Positions 9,301 to 17,550 of a DNA stretch of 31,359 nucleotides are shown in pieces (position 1 is the first letter of the stretch; each line of letters begins with the position of its first letter). The stretch lies in IMG/VR virus record IMGVR_UViG_3300023218_000089, positions 1-31,359 of that record; one strand, 5' to 3'. The translations under genes and the position numbers were made by a program. This stretch comes from a virus. Lineage: Duplodnaviria > Caudoviricetes. Below the pieces are notes generated by a model. The model saw only the letters and a list, made by a program, of their open reading frames with translations. It had not been told where the DNA came from and made no database searches.

Positions 9301-9530
9301 GTCGGCCAGACGAGTTGATTGAGCTTCGCGTCAGGCAGGTCGGGCCAGTTGAAATCAGGCAGGCCGACGCCCTGATACGTCGAGTCCTCATTCGCGTCGG
9401 CCCGGCCTTCGTTCCACCACGCATGCCCTCGGCCGAAGATGCGGGACCGATCCTGCGCAAGAAAGCTCTGAACGTGACCCATCAGGGCCGCGTCAGGCAG
9501 CAGCAGGTCGACTCCGGCGTACCGAATCAC
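6342..9530 (-). CDS. tail/baseplate protein with mucin-like poly-Thr tracts and Cys-rich modules (candidate fibre/receptor-binding protein)
   Basis: 1062 aa; ~420-aa globular N-terminus, then alternating T-runs and C-x-C / C-x3-C modules; located at the end of the tail module. Confidence 0.75.
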   Translation of the reverse strand: MIRYAGVDLLLPDAALMGHVQSFLAQDRSRIFGRGHAWWNEGRADANEDSTYQGVGLPDFNWPDLPDAKLNQLVWPTGASRWAYGLFLVDRAKLDAILAAVRPDSQASSWSAGTLEIGDSDQAASSDAGNGWFVDPSGVCSLAAPMWMLPPRPVSRMDGENDAWLLPLVDERWHWQYRSLATFEPETWEDAISTIATALGVTITHPEISCAYCEPNRRELSRSYENPAAMLDVVAANIGCRAVVDLDGDVTLLSVERSDDRLTNNRQTVPIDHVWHRSAGGHFEDIAINGTLPENVRLVFHDIPQPSQSSGSATGIIDNPYTDFAGEDDFPDTPTRSGDIAVIHDAASKVGERSASLACRVTEDWYGWRIRAYDATFAGVKKWLPTGFDDCYVVRHEPMPDGTPALTSRVWSLPPNFGPAELHHYCETTTTEDPGTTTEEPSTTTTDEPAVTTPDPNTESGCSGSCEWTWDAGGEVWNLTSDGCSDVSTTTSTSTTSTTTSTSTTTSTSTTTTECPCECASCTSTTTAEPTTTTEEPTTTTPPPCECLYPSECGTEDEEVIVTFCSSGSNDHPDECPGTTTTTCDCNTTTTCPPEPECTDCLWAVLVPGGPWVKLEDGCLGNCSCSAPTVVTPDVCGTYTTNCNRTPSPGCPDSIPCTGGCVYWWVDIGGTSYWRLVSENCADNARNVYREDACSGDSECIVESFSCFCQPPSEDGDACEPVTTVCVAPRSRPTSDPCDDCYTTTTSTTTTSTTSTTTTTTTPEPCCDRFADHPFIEVCGDTLNLTEVASEGTTTCYQYSGKISCVSGGGLAQDDITVDICCDSSQSDCDAFSIDLNYPCGDPDDFGGVVIQCFCGNNADAPGDDTISFNWQPDLTPDTSGCNCCSDPPTTTTSTTTSTTTTSTSTTTTTTTTTTTTAGPAPEINCNACGDVVQYWDIDISGLAAGSSCDSTAAGNITSASPITISFNTGNSDATQCYWDENPSFGNSGICEINAIDMFALPAHGYAELHLSSASPFSDAYYTSYSANCAALSSGLTMNLVSQTDPNYTWPSSLTLSPGSGP
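6781..8250 (-). repeat. low-complexity Thr-codon tracts (ACN repeats)
   Basis: Tracts near 6781-6864, 7246-7305, 7909-8070 and 8176-8250, seen on + as gtc/gtg/gtt repeats; encode TTTSTTTSTTT and TTTEEPTTTT. Confidence 0.9.
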
Positions 9531-10060
9531 GACAAGTCCCAGACGAAATTGGTCTCAAACACCAGTTGCAGGTCCGCCCGAGGCTTGCCCTGCTGCCGAT
9601 AACGATCCCGCATCGGAGCATTCGACGACGCAGGGCGGATGTATTCCGTGACCAGCAGATTCCCGCTCTCATCAAGCAGAGCGTGACCCGCGAGGGCCTT
9701 CAGAATCTGATGCTTCATCAGCAGCAGGCCCGGTGCGCTCGCGTTCGCGTCCGTGAGCGACTTCTCGTACTCCCCGTGCCGGTCGATCCACGACCGCTTG
9801 AAGATTTGCACCGAAACCGTGGCCTGCTCATGCAGTTCGTCGGCCCCGGCCCCGATCGGATGCTCTGCTGGGAACACGCCGTCGCCCTGCGAGACAATCA
9901 CGACCAGTTCTCCGTCCCAGCCCGGCGGCGGCTCCGGGTCGTCGGAGACGTGAATCAGACTGGCCGTGATCGCATCGCATGCGGCGATAAGTCGATCCCT
10001 CACGCGGTCCAGGATGACCGCCTGCGTCGTCGCGATCGCTTCCGTGCCTGAGCCGAGCAT
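9527..10060 (-). CDS. putative tail completion/terminator-like structural protein
   Basis: 177 aa; pattern of N-terminal helix, VIVSQG, VSVQIF and terminal LVFETNFVWD strand is typical of tail terminators; coupled to neighbours. Confidence 0.45.
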   Translation of the reverse strand: MLGSGTEAIATTQAVILDRVRDRLIAACDAITASLIHVSDDPEPPPGWDGELVVIVSQGDGVFPAEHPIGAGADELHEQATVSVQIFKRSWIDRHGEYEKSLTDANASAPGLLLMKHQILKALAGHALLDESGNLLVTEYIRPASSNAPMRDRYRQQGKPRADLQLVFETNFVWDLS

Positions 10061-10326
10061 CAGTCAGTGTGATCCGTCATGTTGGAGGCAACCCGCTCGC
10101 ACCAGTCGACGAACTCGGACTCAAGTTGCTCCTTCACGTTGTCGGAGAACGCACCGCCCGAGGCCGCGGTTCCGAGTTCGGACACCATCGCGTCCATATC
10201 GACGAGCAATGCCGTCTTCTCCGTGGAGGTCGGAGCGTTCGCCATTGCCTGCGTCGGCGTCATGTCAGCCATCTTGGAAGCCTTTCGAATGAGTGTCAGA
10301 AAACCCGCGTCGGTGGTTGGCAACAT
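10060..10326 (-). CDS. hypothetical helical protein
   Basis: 88-aa ORF with TGATG coupling to the downstream gene. Confidence 0.6.
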   Translation of the reverse strand: MLPTTDAGFLTLIRKASKMADMTPTQAMANAPTSTEKTALLVDMDAMVSELGTAASGGAFSDNVKEQLESEFVDWCERVASNMTDHTD

Positions 10327-10489
10327 GCCGCGGGTGAGGCATGCGGAGGCGGCCGTTGCGCTGCCCGGACTCCCGATACCGGTCGGGCCTTTACCCCGAA
10401 GTCATCCGGTGTTTGCTGGTGAAAGCGTCGTAGCGAATCGAGGTTGTCAGCCTCGCGGCGCGATCCCCTTGCCGACCCCCGGCGGTCCA

Positions 10490-10669
10490 TTACTTCGAGT
10501 CGTTCAGTTCCTTCGGGTCGAAGCCCAGTATTCGCACCACGTACTCCGGTGTTTGCTCCAACTCCTCATCGTCCGGGTCGTCGTCTTCCCCCGTGATCGG
10601 CGGAAGCGGCTTGCCGACCGCCCCGAAATGCACCGTTTCCACAAACTCACTCATCGCGTCGTCACTCAT
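10490..10669 (-). CDS. 59-aa acidic protein coupled to topoisomerase IB
   Basis: Hand-translated MSDDAMSEFVETVHFGAVGKPLPPITGEDDDPDDEELEQTPEYVVRILGFDPKELNDSK; ATG overlaps the topoisomerase 3' end; missed by the ORF track. Confidence 0.75.
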   Translation of the reverse strand: MSDDAMSEFVETVHFGAVGKPLPPITGEDDDPDDEELEQTPEYVVRILGFDPKELNDSK

Positions 10670-11924
10670 CGGGCTTGCTCCAGCGGCTGAACACGGTCGG
10701 GTCGATATAGGATTGCAGCGCTACCTCCGGCTGGTTTCCTAATGCCCGCGACACCACCCGCGCGACCTGGGTCACACGGGCCTTATAGTCCTTCATTGTA
10801 CCACAACAGTCACCCGATTTCTCTACAGCTTCCAGCGCCAATGCTGTACCTTTTAAGGTCCGGAAGTCTTTGGTCTTGAAATCCGCCCCTGCGACGCTTT
10901 TCGTGTATTTTCTCAGGGCGGCGTCGGATGTCTTAAACAATGGGCCCGGCGTTTTCGCCCGCTCGGAAAGATCCGCCGCGATGGCTCTGTCGGTGATCGG
11001 AATATCGAGCGGAACACCCTTTTTGCCAATAAATTTCAACCGTACGCCCGTGTTGTCTATGTGAACATGTTCCGACCGTAATGTCGTCGCGCCGTAAGCC
11101 TGCGTTTTCGCCCCGGTGTCCCGCTTGCTGCCGGGCCGCAATCCGTAGGCTCGAATCAGCGACAGCACGGATGCGGCATCGCGGATACGGGGGTCTTCCG
11201 ACTCACGGTCTGCGGCTAGCTGATCGTCGATGTGCGGAACACGGCGTTGTAAATCGCGGATGCGCCGGAACTTCTTTGCCGCTTGCCTCATCGTGAAATC
11301 TTTTGAGTAGATCGGCTGCGTTCGCCCCTTGGCATCCACGCCAGTCGCCTGAAGATCAGCGTTGGGGTCAGTGTAGATTCGCACGTTTGTCCATTTCGGC
11401 GGAATCCTCAGCTCTCGGTACTTTTCGGGCACCTGCGATCCGTCGCGGAACATGACGAACGAAGCCGTTCCGGTCCCGCTCCGCTTAGAGTCTTTGAGCG
11501 TGTCCCGCCCGGTGGCCTTGGACTTAGACTTAGACTTGGACGTGGCTGTGGACTTGCCCGCTCCTCCTCCGCTCGTGAATTTCCCGTCATCATCGCGCGG
11601 GTGCTTGTCTTCTTCGAACTTCTCGTACCGCGCGGGTTGCGGGCACAACGCCTGTTTGATCGCGGCGTGAAGTGAGTCATCCGACCGGGAATGTCGACGC
11701 TTGCGGCCGCGCAGTCTGGAAACGCGAGACGGCTTGCGCAGTTTGCCGATATCCTTACCCGCAAGATTCTGCGGGCCTTTGGTGATCGTGCCGCCCTCTA
11801 AATAAACTGGCGTCCCTCCGTCACCGGAGTCGCCGCTATTCGCGTTGAGCGTGACCCATCCGTCGCGTTTGGCGTATCGTCGCTGGCCACGCAAGGCCCG
11901 CTTGATGGCATTAAAAATATCCAT
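10662..11924 (-). CDS. DNA topoisomerase IB (bacterial/poxvirus type) with ~150-aa N-terminal extension
   Basis: IPPKWTNV, LQATGVDAKGRTQPIY, GLRPG, YGATTL, FIGKKG, KDFRT, LGN...SYIDP; catalytic R-K-R-N-Y residues present. Confidence 0.93.
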   Translation of the reverse strand: MDIFNAIKRALRGQRRYAKRDGWVTLNANSGDSGDGGTPVYLEGGTITKGPQNLAGKDIGKLRKPSRVSRLRGRKRRHSRSDDSLHAAIKQALCPQPARYEKFEEDKHPRDDDGKFTSGGGAGKSTATSKSKSKSKATGRDTLKDSKRSGTGTASFVMFRDGSQVPEKYRELRIPPKWTNVRIYTDPNADLQATGVDAKGRTQPIYSKDFTMRQAAKKFRRIRDLQRRVPHIDDQLAADRESEDPRIRDAASVLSLIRAYGLRPGSKRDTGAKTQAYGATTLRSEHVHIDNTGVRLKFIGKKGVPLDIPITDRAIAADLSERAKTPGPLFKTSDAALRKYTKSVAGADFKTKDFRTLKGTALALEAVEKSGDCCGTMKDYKARVTQVARVVSRALGNQPEVALQSYIDPTVFSRWSKPDE

Positions 11925-13570
11925 TATCCCACCACGGTATCGGGTACGGTTTCCGATCCGCCGGCATCCACCGGGAAGATCAACCCCTTGCCCCTGAGGT
12001 CAAAGTTGCGGTCGAGCCATTCATGCAGCAGCCCGGCCCGATCATTCGTGACCGCGATGTCGAACGTGTCGTCGCTCACCGGGTCGGTATCAGTGGCGAA
12101 GCAGGCCACGAGCGGCCCGCCTCGGTAGAGCTCGCTCATCGCCTGTAGGCAGACGTGATCGAGAAAGACGCTGGTGCCGCTCGAAACGGCCGTGCTGATC
12201 CGGATGCGGAAGTAGATCGCCGGGGGCAGCACCGCCGGAGTGCGGAAGATCGGATCGCTCCCCGCGATGTCCTCGATCCACTGAAATGAGGTCGTGAGGC
12301 CCGTGCAGTCGATCGTGAAGCTGTTGTTGTTCCCGGCGGCGTCCTGAATCACAGTCCCGCCGATCCCATCCACCAGGTCGACCGTGATCACCCCGGCCGC
12401 GGGAACCACGTCCGCGAGCATGAACAGCCCGACCGCGTAGGCGGTTTCCGGTTGCAGCGTGACCGACTGCTGAATCGTGGTCGTCTCGGAGCCGTTCGAA
12501 TCGAATTCGAGGGCCTTGCCATCGCTGTAGACGTTCGCGGACCCGGCCGAAGTGGTCGCGTGAGCGATGTTCGGCGTGCCCCCGGTGAGGAAGTCGTCCG
12601 AGGTCAGTTGAGCGACGTTTCCGCCCTGTCCGTTGAACGTGATCGTGTGGGTGTAGTTCGGGGCCGTGCCCGTGGTACCGACCGTGACGTTCGCGAGGCC
12701 GGGAATCAGTCGTAGAGCCGTCTGCACTGTGGACTGTCCTGCGTTGTACGCGAGCGGCCCTGTCGAATAGGTGTAAGAACCGTCGGACCACTTCAGGTTG
12801 TAGAACCCGCCGGTCGGGCTTCCCGAGATCACGACCGTCTGGATTTCGAGGTCGGTCATCTTGAGCGTCGTGCCGACCGTTCCGGTGGAGACGATCCAGT
12901 CGTCAGGGACGTCGGTGTTGTCGTCTTCGTCGTCGAGACCGCCGTTCGAGAGCAATCCCCCCGGCGCGGCGAAGGATCGGTTGGACCGAATGCCGGACCC
13001 CCCCGGCCAGTCGACCGAAAGCGGCTGCTCACTGTTCGAAGACGTGAACTGCACCTGCCCTGATGCAAGCACGCGACCGCTGATCGTTTCCGCGAGGGAT
13101 AGTACGCGGGTGCGGGCGAGTCCATCTGTGACAGTCGCGACGACCTTGCCTCCCCCCTGATTGGACCCGCCCTCGGTGACAGTTTCCGCGACAGCCGAGG
13201 CGTCGAGTGAGTCGCTGTTGGACTCCATCTGCTCGATCAATTCCTCGAGCGCCTCCCGCTCGGTCACCTGCCGGAGATCGGCGTCGTCATCGACGATTTT
13301 TTGCAGGTAGCCGGTGGCGAACGTTTGCAGGGCGGTCAGGATCGAGTTGCCGGCGGATTTGTGGGACTCGGCCGCGGTGGCGAGCTGACCCGCGAGTCGC
13401 TCGGTGTCGTTGTCTTCGGTCGTGTTCGCGAGCTGCGTGAAGACGTCGGTGACCTGAGCCGGGACCGTGATGGCGTGAGCGGTCAGGACGGTGGCTTGAG
13501 CGTGAAAGGCCTTGCCCAGCACGTCGAACAGGCCGTCGCCGTTTCCTGAGTCGTAAAGGTTGACCGCCAT
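11924..13570 (-). CDS. virion structural (tail-associated) protein with beta-rich/carbohydrate-binding-like domains
   Basis: Start trimmed to ATG 13570 (GAGG RBS); EIQTVVISGSPTGG...TGPLAYNA...VQTAL module seen in tail proteins; LLSNGGLD...VFLDHVCL jelly-roll-like segment. Confidence 0.6.
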   Translation of the reverse strand: MAVNLYDSGNGDGLFDVLGKAFHAQATVLTAHAITVPAQVTDVFTQLANTTEDNDTERLAGQLATAAESHKSAGNSILTALQTFATGYLQKIVDDDADLRQVTEREALEELIEQMESNSDSLDASAVAETVTEGGSNQGGGKVVATVTDGLARTRVLSLAETISGRVLASGQVQFTSSNSEQPLSVDWPGGSGIRSNRSFAAPGGLLSNGGLDDEDDNTDVPDDWIVSTGTVGTTLKMTDLEIQTVVISGSPTGGFYNLKWSDGSYTYSTGPLAYNAGQSTVQTALRLIPGLANVTVGTTGTAPNYTHTITFNGQGGNVAQLTSDDFLTGGTPNIAHATTSAGSANVYSDGKALEFDSNGSETTTIQQSVTLQPETAYAVGLFMLADVVPAAGVITVDLVDGIGGTVIQDAAGNNNSFTIDCTGLTTSFQWIEDIAGSDPIFRTPAVLPPAIYFRIRISTAVSSGTSVFLDHVCLQAMSELYRGGPLVACFATDTDPVSDDTFDIAVTNDRAGLLHEWLDRNFDLRGKGLIFPVDAGGSETVPDTVVG

Positions 13571-13580
13571 CGCCGGCCTC

Positions 13581-13626
13581 AAACGAAAAAGCCCGCCGAC
13601 AACGCGGGTGCGTCATCGGCGGGCTT
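13581..13626 (-). terminator. intrinsic terminator/attenuator
   Basis: AAGCCCGCCGATGACGC-ACCC-GCGTTGTCGGCGGGCTT followed by TTTCGTTT, ending 10 nt upstream of ATG 13570. Confidence 0.85.
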
Positions 13627-13646
13627 CCGGTTTCGGATCGCTCGCT
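13619..13646 (-). repeat. 28-bp conserved leader element, copy 1
   Basis: AGCGAGCGATCCGAAACCGGAAGCCCGC, identical to 21956-21983. Confidence 0.92.
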
Positions 13647-13654
13647 GGGACCCC

Positions 13655-13683
13655 AGTATTCCCGCTGGTGGGCGGTTTGCCAA
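13655..13683 (-). promoter_or_regulatory. sigma70-like promoter immediately upstream of the leader element
   Basis: TTGGCA (13683-13678), 17 bp, AATACT (13660-13655). Confidence 0.55.
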
Positions 13684-13759
13684 GCCCGGAATTGCGTTGA
13701 GCGTGGGGTTCGGCTTACGCTTTACGGGTCAGGAGCGAGCCTCGCGGGAGACTGAAGCG

Positions 13760-14158
13760 ATGAGACGACGGAAATCGAGCTCCCCGATCATTGTCGGATC
13801 GGCTGTGGTGGCGCTGGTGGTGGCGGCCTCTGTGGCTGCCGTGGCGACCCGGAATAGTCTGGTGCCACCCCTGCCTCGCGTTGCCGAGGAGCCGGACCAC
13901 GTCGAGCGGGAGGCCGTGCGGGCGTGGCTCCGCGAGAATACGAATACCGGCGAGTGGGAAGAGGTGCGGTGGTACGATTCGAACCGTTCAGGCGACAACA
14001 ATGAGTACGCGGAATTGCGGCTCAAATACCGTACGGACAACGATGAGGGTGCCACCCAACTTTTCGACCGCATCTTCTGGTATCGACCGGACGAGCCGAT
14101 CGAGGCATGGACGCTGAAGCAGTCGAGCAAGTGGGCAGACATTAAATTTGGCCGCTGA
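13760..14158 (+). CDS. membrane-anchored moron protein on the opposite strand
   Basis: MRRRKSSS followed by IIVGSAVVALVVAASVAAVA TM helix and a small soluble domain; start trimmed to ATG 13760. Confidence 0.7.
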   Translation: MRRRKSSSPIIVGSAVVALVVAASVAAVATRNSLVPPLPRVAEEPDHVEREAVRAWLRENTNTGEWEEVRWYDSNRSGDNNEYAELRLKYRTDNDEGATQLFDRIFWYRPDEPIEAWTLKQSSKWADIKFGR

Positions 14159-15955
14159 TCATGCCTGGCGGATCACGGTGTCCGCCGCAATTGACTGGTC
14201 CCCGTCGTTGTCGTACGGGTTGCGGCCGATCGCGATCTGGTCCCCTTGGGTAACGAGCGGGCGGCTCATTGCCTGATGATATTCGACATCGACCACGTAG
14301 AGCTTTTGCAGGCTGAGCGTTCGCGGCGGAGTTTGCGTCTGCACGATCTGTCGCAGCGGCACGTAGGCAATGCCGTTGGCGTCGACTTCTGCGAGGCCCG
14401 ACGGCATCTCAGGCGGTGCCGAGATTCGCTCACCGCGTGCCCTGACGATTCGCTTTGATGTCGCGCGGCCCAACGAAACCACGACCGACGTATTTTCGTC
14501 GCTCGACAGATTTGACGCGGCCACCGGGAGTTGGGCCACCATCCGGTTCGTGACGTACTTCGAGTCGAGTTGCCAATACTCGTAGGCACCTAACTCGTAC
14601 GCGGGACTCAGGTATTCGACCGGCTGATCCGACAGCGACTCGACCTGTCGCACCTCCACTTCCGCACGGGAGTCCGGCTGATCGCTTTCCGATTCCGCAG
14701 TAAAGTCACTAGTTCCGATTTGATGCTCATCGTTGCATGGCGTCTGCAGGTAGACAGAAAAGATGCCAACCGGTGAAATCGGACCCTGCGTTTCAATCTC
14801 GTCGCCTTCGCGTGACCCTCGTGACCGGTTGCTGTCGTAGTTCGGGAACAGGTTCGGATAAGTCGTTTTATCGAGGGGCTTCCCGAAAGAGTTGATCGCC
14901 ATGAGCCGTTGCTGAATCCCGTCTTCGGTCAAATCCGTGACCGAGACCGTGCTGCTGATTCGTCCGAATGCCAAGACTCGGTTGGCCGATGGCGACTGCT
15001 CTTCGGTGATCGAGTAGTGCTCGACCTTGAGTCGCTTTTGCCGCTGCTCCGGGACGGCGAACGGAATTCCGATCAACTTCGCATCGAGCACCCGAATCGC
15101 CAGCGCGATCAACTGCCGCGGAGTTGCGTTTCGATCCCCCTCGACCATGACCGAGCAGCTGGCCCCGATGTTTTTGTCGTCGGCAGTCTCGACCGTCATG
15201 GAGAGCGACCAATTCGTCGCCGGGCTGGGGGGCGAATACATCGCCTCGACGTCGACGATCGTGTAATCCATCGCGCGTCCCGACTTGTCGACGACGAACG
15301 ACATTCGCTCTCGCCTCAGGCCGGGCTGCAAGCTCGGGACCACATAGTTCCGTAGTTCGTGCGGGTAAATCTGGCCGGTCGTGACGAGACGGCCCTGGTA
15401 GGTGCGTGTCGTTCGGAAGTTCTGATCAACCTCGTCGAGCACAGACCATCGGTTACTCAGCACCCCCTTGGACTGCTGATCAAAGTTCGCGCACGGTACC
15501 GAGCAGATTTCGAACGCGGCCGTCACTCGAAACGCTGTGTTGTTCGCGAAGTGGCTCAGTTCGAATCGCGTGCATTTCGGCCCGCCGTTGACGTCATACC
15601 CGACCACCGGATTGTCGTCGTAGATCGACGACACCGGTGAAATGTCGATGATCGCCGTGCCGCCATCGCCATCGGCGTCGGCCCCGAACCGCATGCGGAA
15701 GCGTTGCCGGGGCGGAAGCAAACTCGTGGCGTTTCGTTCCGCCGAAGTCGCGGCATCCCCGACTCCTCGCCCCAGCGACGTATCGAGAGCGGAAATACTC
15801 CTGCCGTGTAGTATCCCGGAGACTTCCACGGTCGTGCGAACATACATCAGGTCGGTCGCACTCTCATCCTGCACGACCTCCTGAACGAACCGCTGCGTGT
15901 GGCATGAGAAGATTTCGACGTCGCCATACTCGACGATTGTTTGCCCGGCGGCCAT
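14159..15955 (-). CDS. tail tip/baseplate structural protein
   Basis: 598-aa beta-rich ORF coupled (TGATG) to the tape-measure-like gene. Confidence 0.55.
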   Translation of the reverse strand: MAAGQTIVEYGDVEIFSCHTQRFVQEVVQDESATDLMYVRTTVEVSGILHGRSISALDTSLGRGVGDAATSAERNATSLLPPRQRFRMRFGADADGDGGTAIIDISPVSSIYDDNPVVGYDVNGGPKCTRFELSHFANNTAFRVTAAFEICSVPCANFDQQSKGVLSNRWSVLDEVDQNFRTTRTYQGRLVTTGQIYPHELRNYVVPSLQPGLRRERMSFVVDKSGRAMDYTIVDVEAMYSPPSPATNWSLSMTVETADDKNIGASCSVMVEGDRNATPRQLIALAIRVLDAKLIGIPFAVPEQRQKRLKVEHYSITEEQSPSANRVLAFGRISSTVSVTDLTEDGIQQRLMAINSFGKPLDKTTYPNLFPNYDSNRSRGSREGDEIETQGPISPVGIFSVYLQTPCNDEHQIGTSDFTAESESDQPDSRAEVEVRQVESLSDQPVEYLSPAYELGAYEYWQLDSKYVTNRMVAQLPVAASNLSSDENTSVVVSLGRATSKRIVRARGERISAPPEMPSGLAEVDANGIAYVPLRQIVQTQTPPRTLSLQKLYVVDVEYHQAMSRPLVTQGDQIAIGRNPYDNDGDQSIAADTVIRQA

Positions 15956-16911
15956 CAGTCACCTCCAAGCGGCGGGAGTGGGGGGCGGTGCTGCGGTCCG
16001 TGGTTCTTCCAGTTCTCCTGCCCGAATCGCTTTCGGATCGCATCGACGTTGGTAAAGTAATCGTCGCCGTCACCCTGCTTGGCCTCCCACGCCGCAAGCC
16101 AGCCGCGGATTCCGGTCAGCTCCATCACGGCGTCTTCGGCTTTGTCGAGCAGGCCTGCAATTTTGACAGTGACGATTCCGATCGCATTGCCGATGCGGGT
16201 GTAGTCCTGCCGATTGTCGACCCGATTTCGCTCGTACTCCCGCTGGGCTCGGATGAGTGCTGAGGTCGACCCTTGGGTGCCCGATGCAACCCGCATCGTG
16301 TTCTGGAACCGTGCGATGTCCAACTGTGCGAACTGACTGCCGATGGCGGCGTTGATCGACAATTCCCGTCGCGTTTCCGCGAACGCCCGGGTGATCCGAT
16401 CTAACGCCATGTTGAAGCCGGCCAGCCCCACGGTCGTGACCGCAGCGAGCTTTGCCCCCCAGCGGCCCGCTATTTCGGCCGTTGTCTGGAATACTTGTGC
16501 CTGTTCTTCCTGACGACGGATCAACTCGTCGTGGACCTGCTGCTCTTCGTACTGCTGTCGGCGATCGTCCTGCGCCTGATCGATCTCGTCCCGGCCCTTC
16601 CCCATCATGGACATCAACTCGGACGGGCTGAGACGCGGACCCTCGACGCGAGGCTTCTCCTGCTGGGCCGGTTGCTGCTTCTGCCCCCCGAACAGGTCAC
16701 GCACCGTCCGGGAGGCCTCGTAACCCTCCAGTGCCCGACCGGCCATGTCGCGCCACCTGGACCCCGACCCCTTGGGAGCCTTGGCCGCTCCCCTGCCTGC
16801 GGACCCTGCCGCACGCCCCGCTCCCGCGGCTGCCCGACCACCGCCCGCAGCGATTGCGCGACCGGCCGTCGCCAGCCCTCGGGCAATCGCTGCGATGATC
16901 GGTGCGGCCAT
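15955..16911 (-). CDS. short tape-measure-like protein
   Basis: Ala/Gly/Gln-rich helical protein directly after the frameshifted chaperone, the canonical TMP position. Confidence 0.55.
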   Translation of the reverse strand: MAAPIIAAIARGLATAGRAIAAGGGRAAAGAGRAAGSAGRGAAKAPKGSGSRWRDMAGRALEGYEASRTVRDLFGGQKQQPAQQEKPRVEGPRLSPSELMSMMGKGRDEIDQAQDDRRQQYEEQQVHDELIRRQEEQAQVFQTTAEIAGRWGAKLAAVTTVGLAGFNMALDRITRAFAETRRELSINAAIGSQFAQLDIARFQNTMRVASGTQGSTSALIRAQREYERNRVDNRQDYTRIGNAIGIVTVKIAGLLDKAEDAVMELTGIRGWLAAWEAKQGDGDDYFTNVDAIRKRFGQENWKNHGPQHRPPLPPLGGD

Positions 16912-16914
16912 CGG

Positions 16915-17196
16915 TTACTCCCTCATTGCCAACTGACGCGAGGCCTCGTACTGGCCGAACTCCCGCCGGGCCTCGACCGGACTGTCGGAAATCGCATCGA
17001 AGAGCGGGTAAATCGGTCCCGACTCAGCCGTCAGGGCACCGAGCCACGACCCCGCGGCCCGACGCATCAACTGTCGCTCTCGGTTGAAGTACAGCCCGCA
17101 GACTGCCTCATATCGCGAGCCGCCTGCTCGAGCATCTCGTGCGGCTTCGTACCCGTACTCTGCGGCGAGGTCGGATGCGGTCCGCCATTTTTTTTT
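16915..17196 (-). CDS. tail assembly chaperone C-terminal (gpT-like) frame, reached by -1 frameshift
   Basis: -1 frame reads KKKWRTASDLAAEYG...QLAMRE and stops just before the TMP start. Confidence 0.7.
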   Translation of the reverse strand, partial: KKKWRTASDLAAEYGYEAARDARAGGSRYEAVCGLYFNRERQLMRRAAGSWLGALTAESGPIYPLFDAISDSPVEARREFGQYEASRQLAMRE

Positions 17197-17537
17197 AGCG
17201 CCTCGGTCCAGTCTTCGAACGTCGCCAGCAAGGCCAGACACTCCTGTTCCCCCAGCCCACCTTGTTCGAACGATGGCAAGCTGAACGCTCGACGCACCGC
17301 CTTGACGATCCGCTGCTGGGCGGCTTCGATCTCCTTGCCGATCCCGCCGTCATCGGGCAGCCCGTCGATCGAGGTGCCGATCGTGCGCGTGTCGTCGATC
17401 CACGACCACTGATCATCTTCGCGAAGTCTGCGGTCGATCACGATCGGGTCGGCGCGGCGAATCCACCGCCCGTCGAAATACAGGAAAATCGCCCGGCTTC
17501 TGAGCCGTCGCCAGCGCCAGTACCACGAGAGCAGCAT
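17067..17537 (-). CDS. tail assembly chaperone (gpG-like)
   Basis: Lies between tail tube and TMP; ...WTEALKKN followed by a Ser/Thr/Pro-rich tail, typical of gpG. Confidence 0.75.
   Translation of the reverse strand: MLLSWYWRWRRLRSRAIFLYFDGRWIRRADPIVIDRRLREDDQWSWIDDTRTIGTSIDGLPDDGGIGKEIEAAQQRIVKAVRRAFSLPSFEQGGLGEQECLALLATFEDWTEALKKNGGPHPTSPQSTGTKPHEMLEQAARDMRQSAGCTSTESDS
17188..17196 (-). other. programmed -1 ribosomal frameshift slippery site
   Basis: CTA AAA AAA AAT GGC; an A9 run containing A AAA AAA. Confidence 0.8.
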
Positions 17538-17550
17538 CGGTTCTCCGTCG

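Noticed and set aside
10296-10490. 64-aa ORF after the acidic peptide
   Set aside because: Has a TAATG overlap, but the composition is Arg/Pro/Ala shadow-like and it overlaps the next gene; insufficient support.
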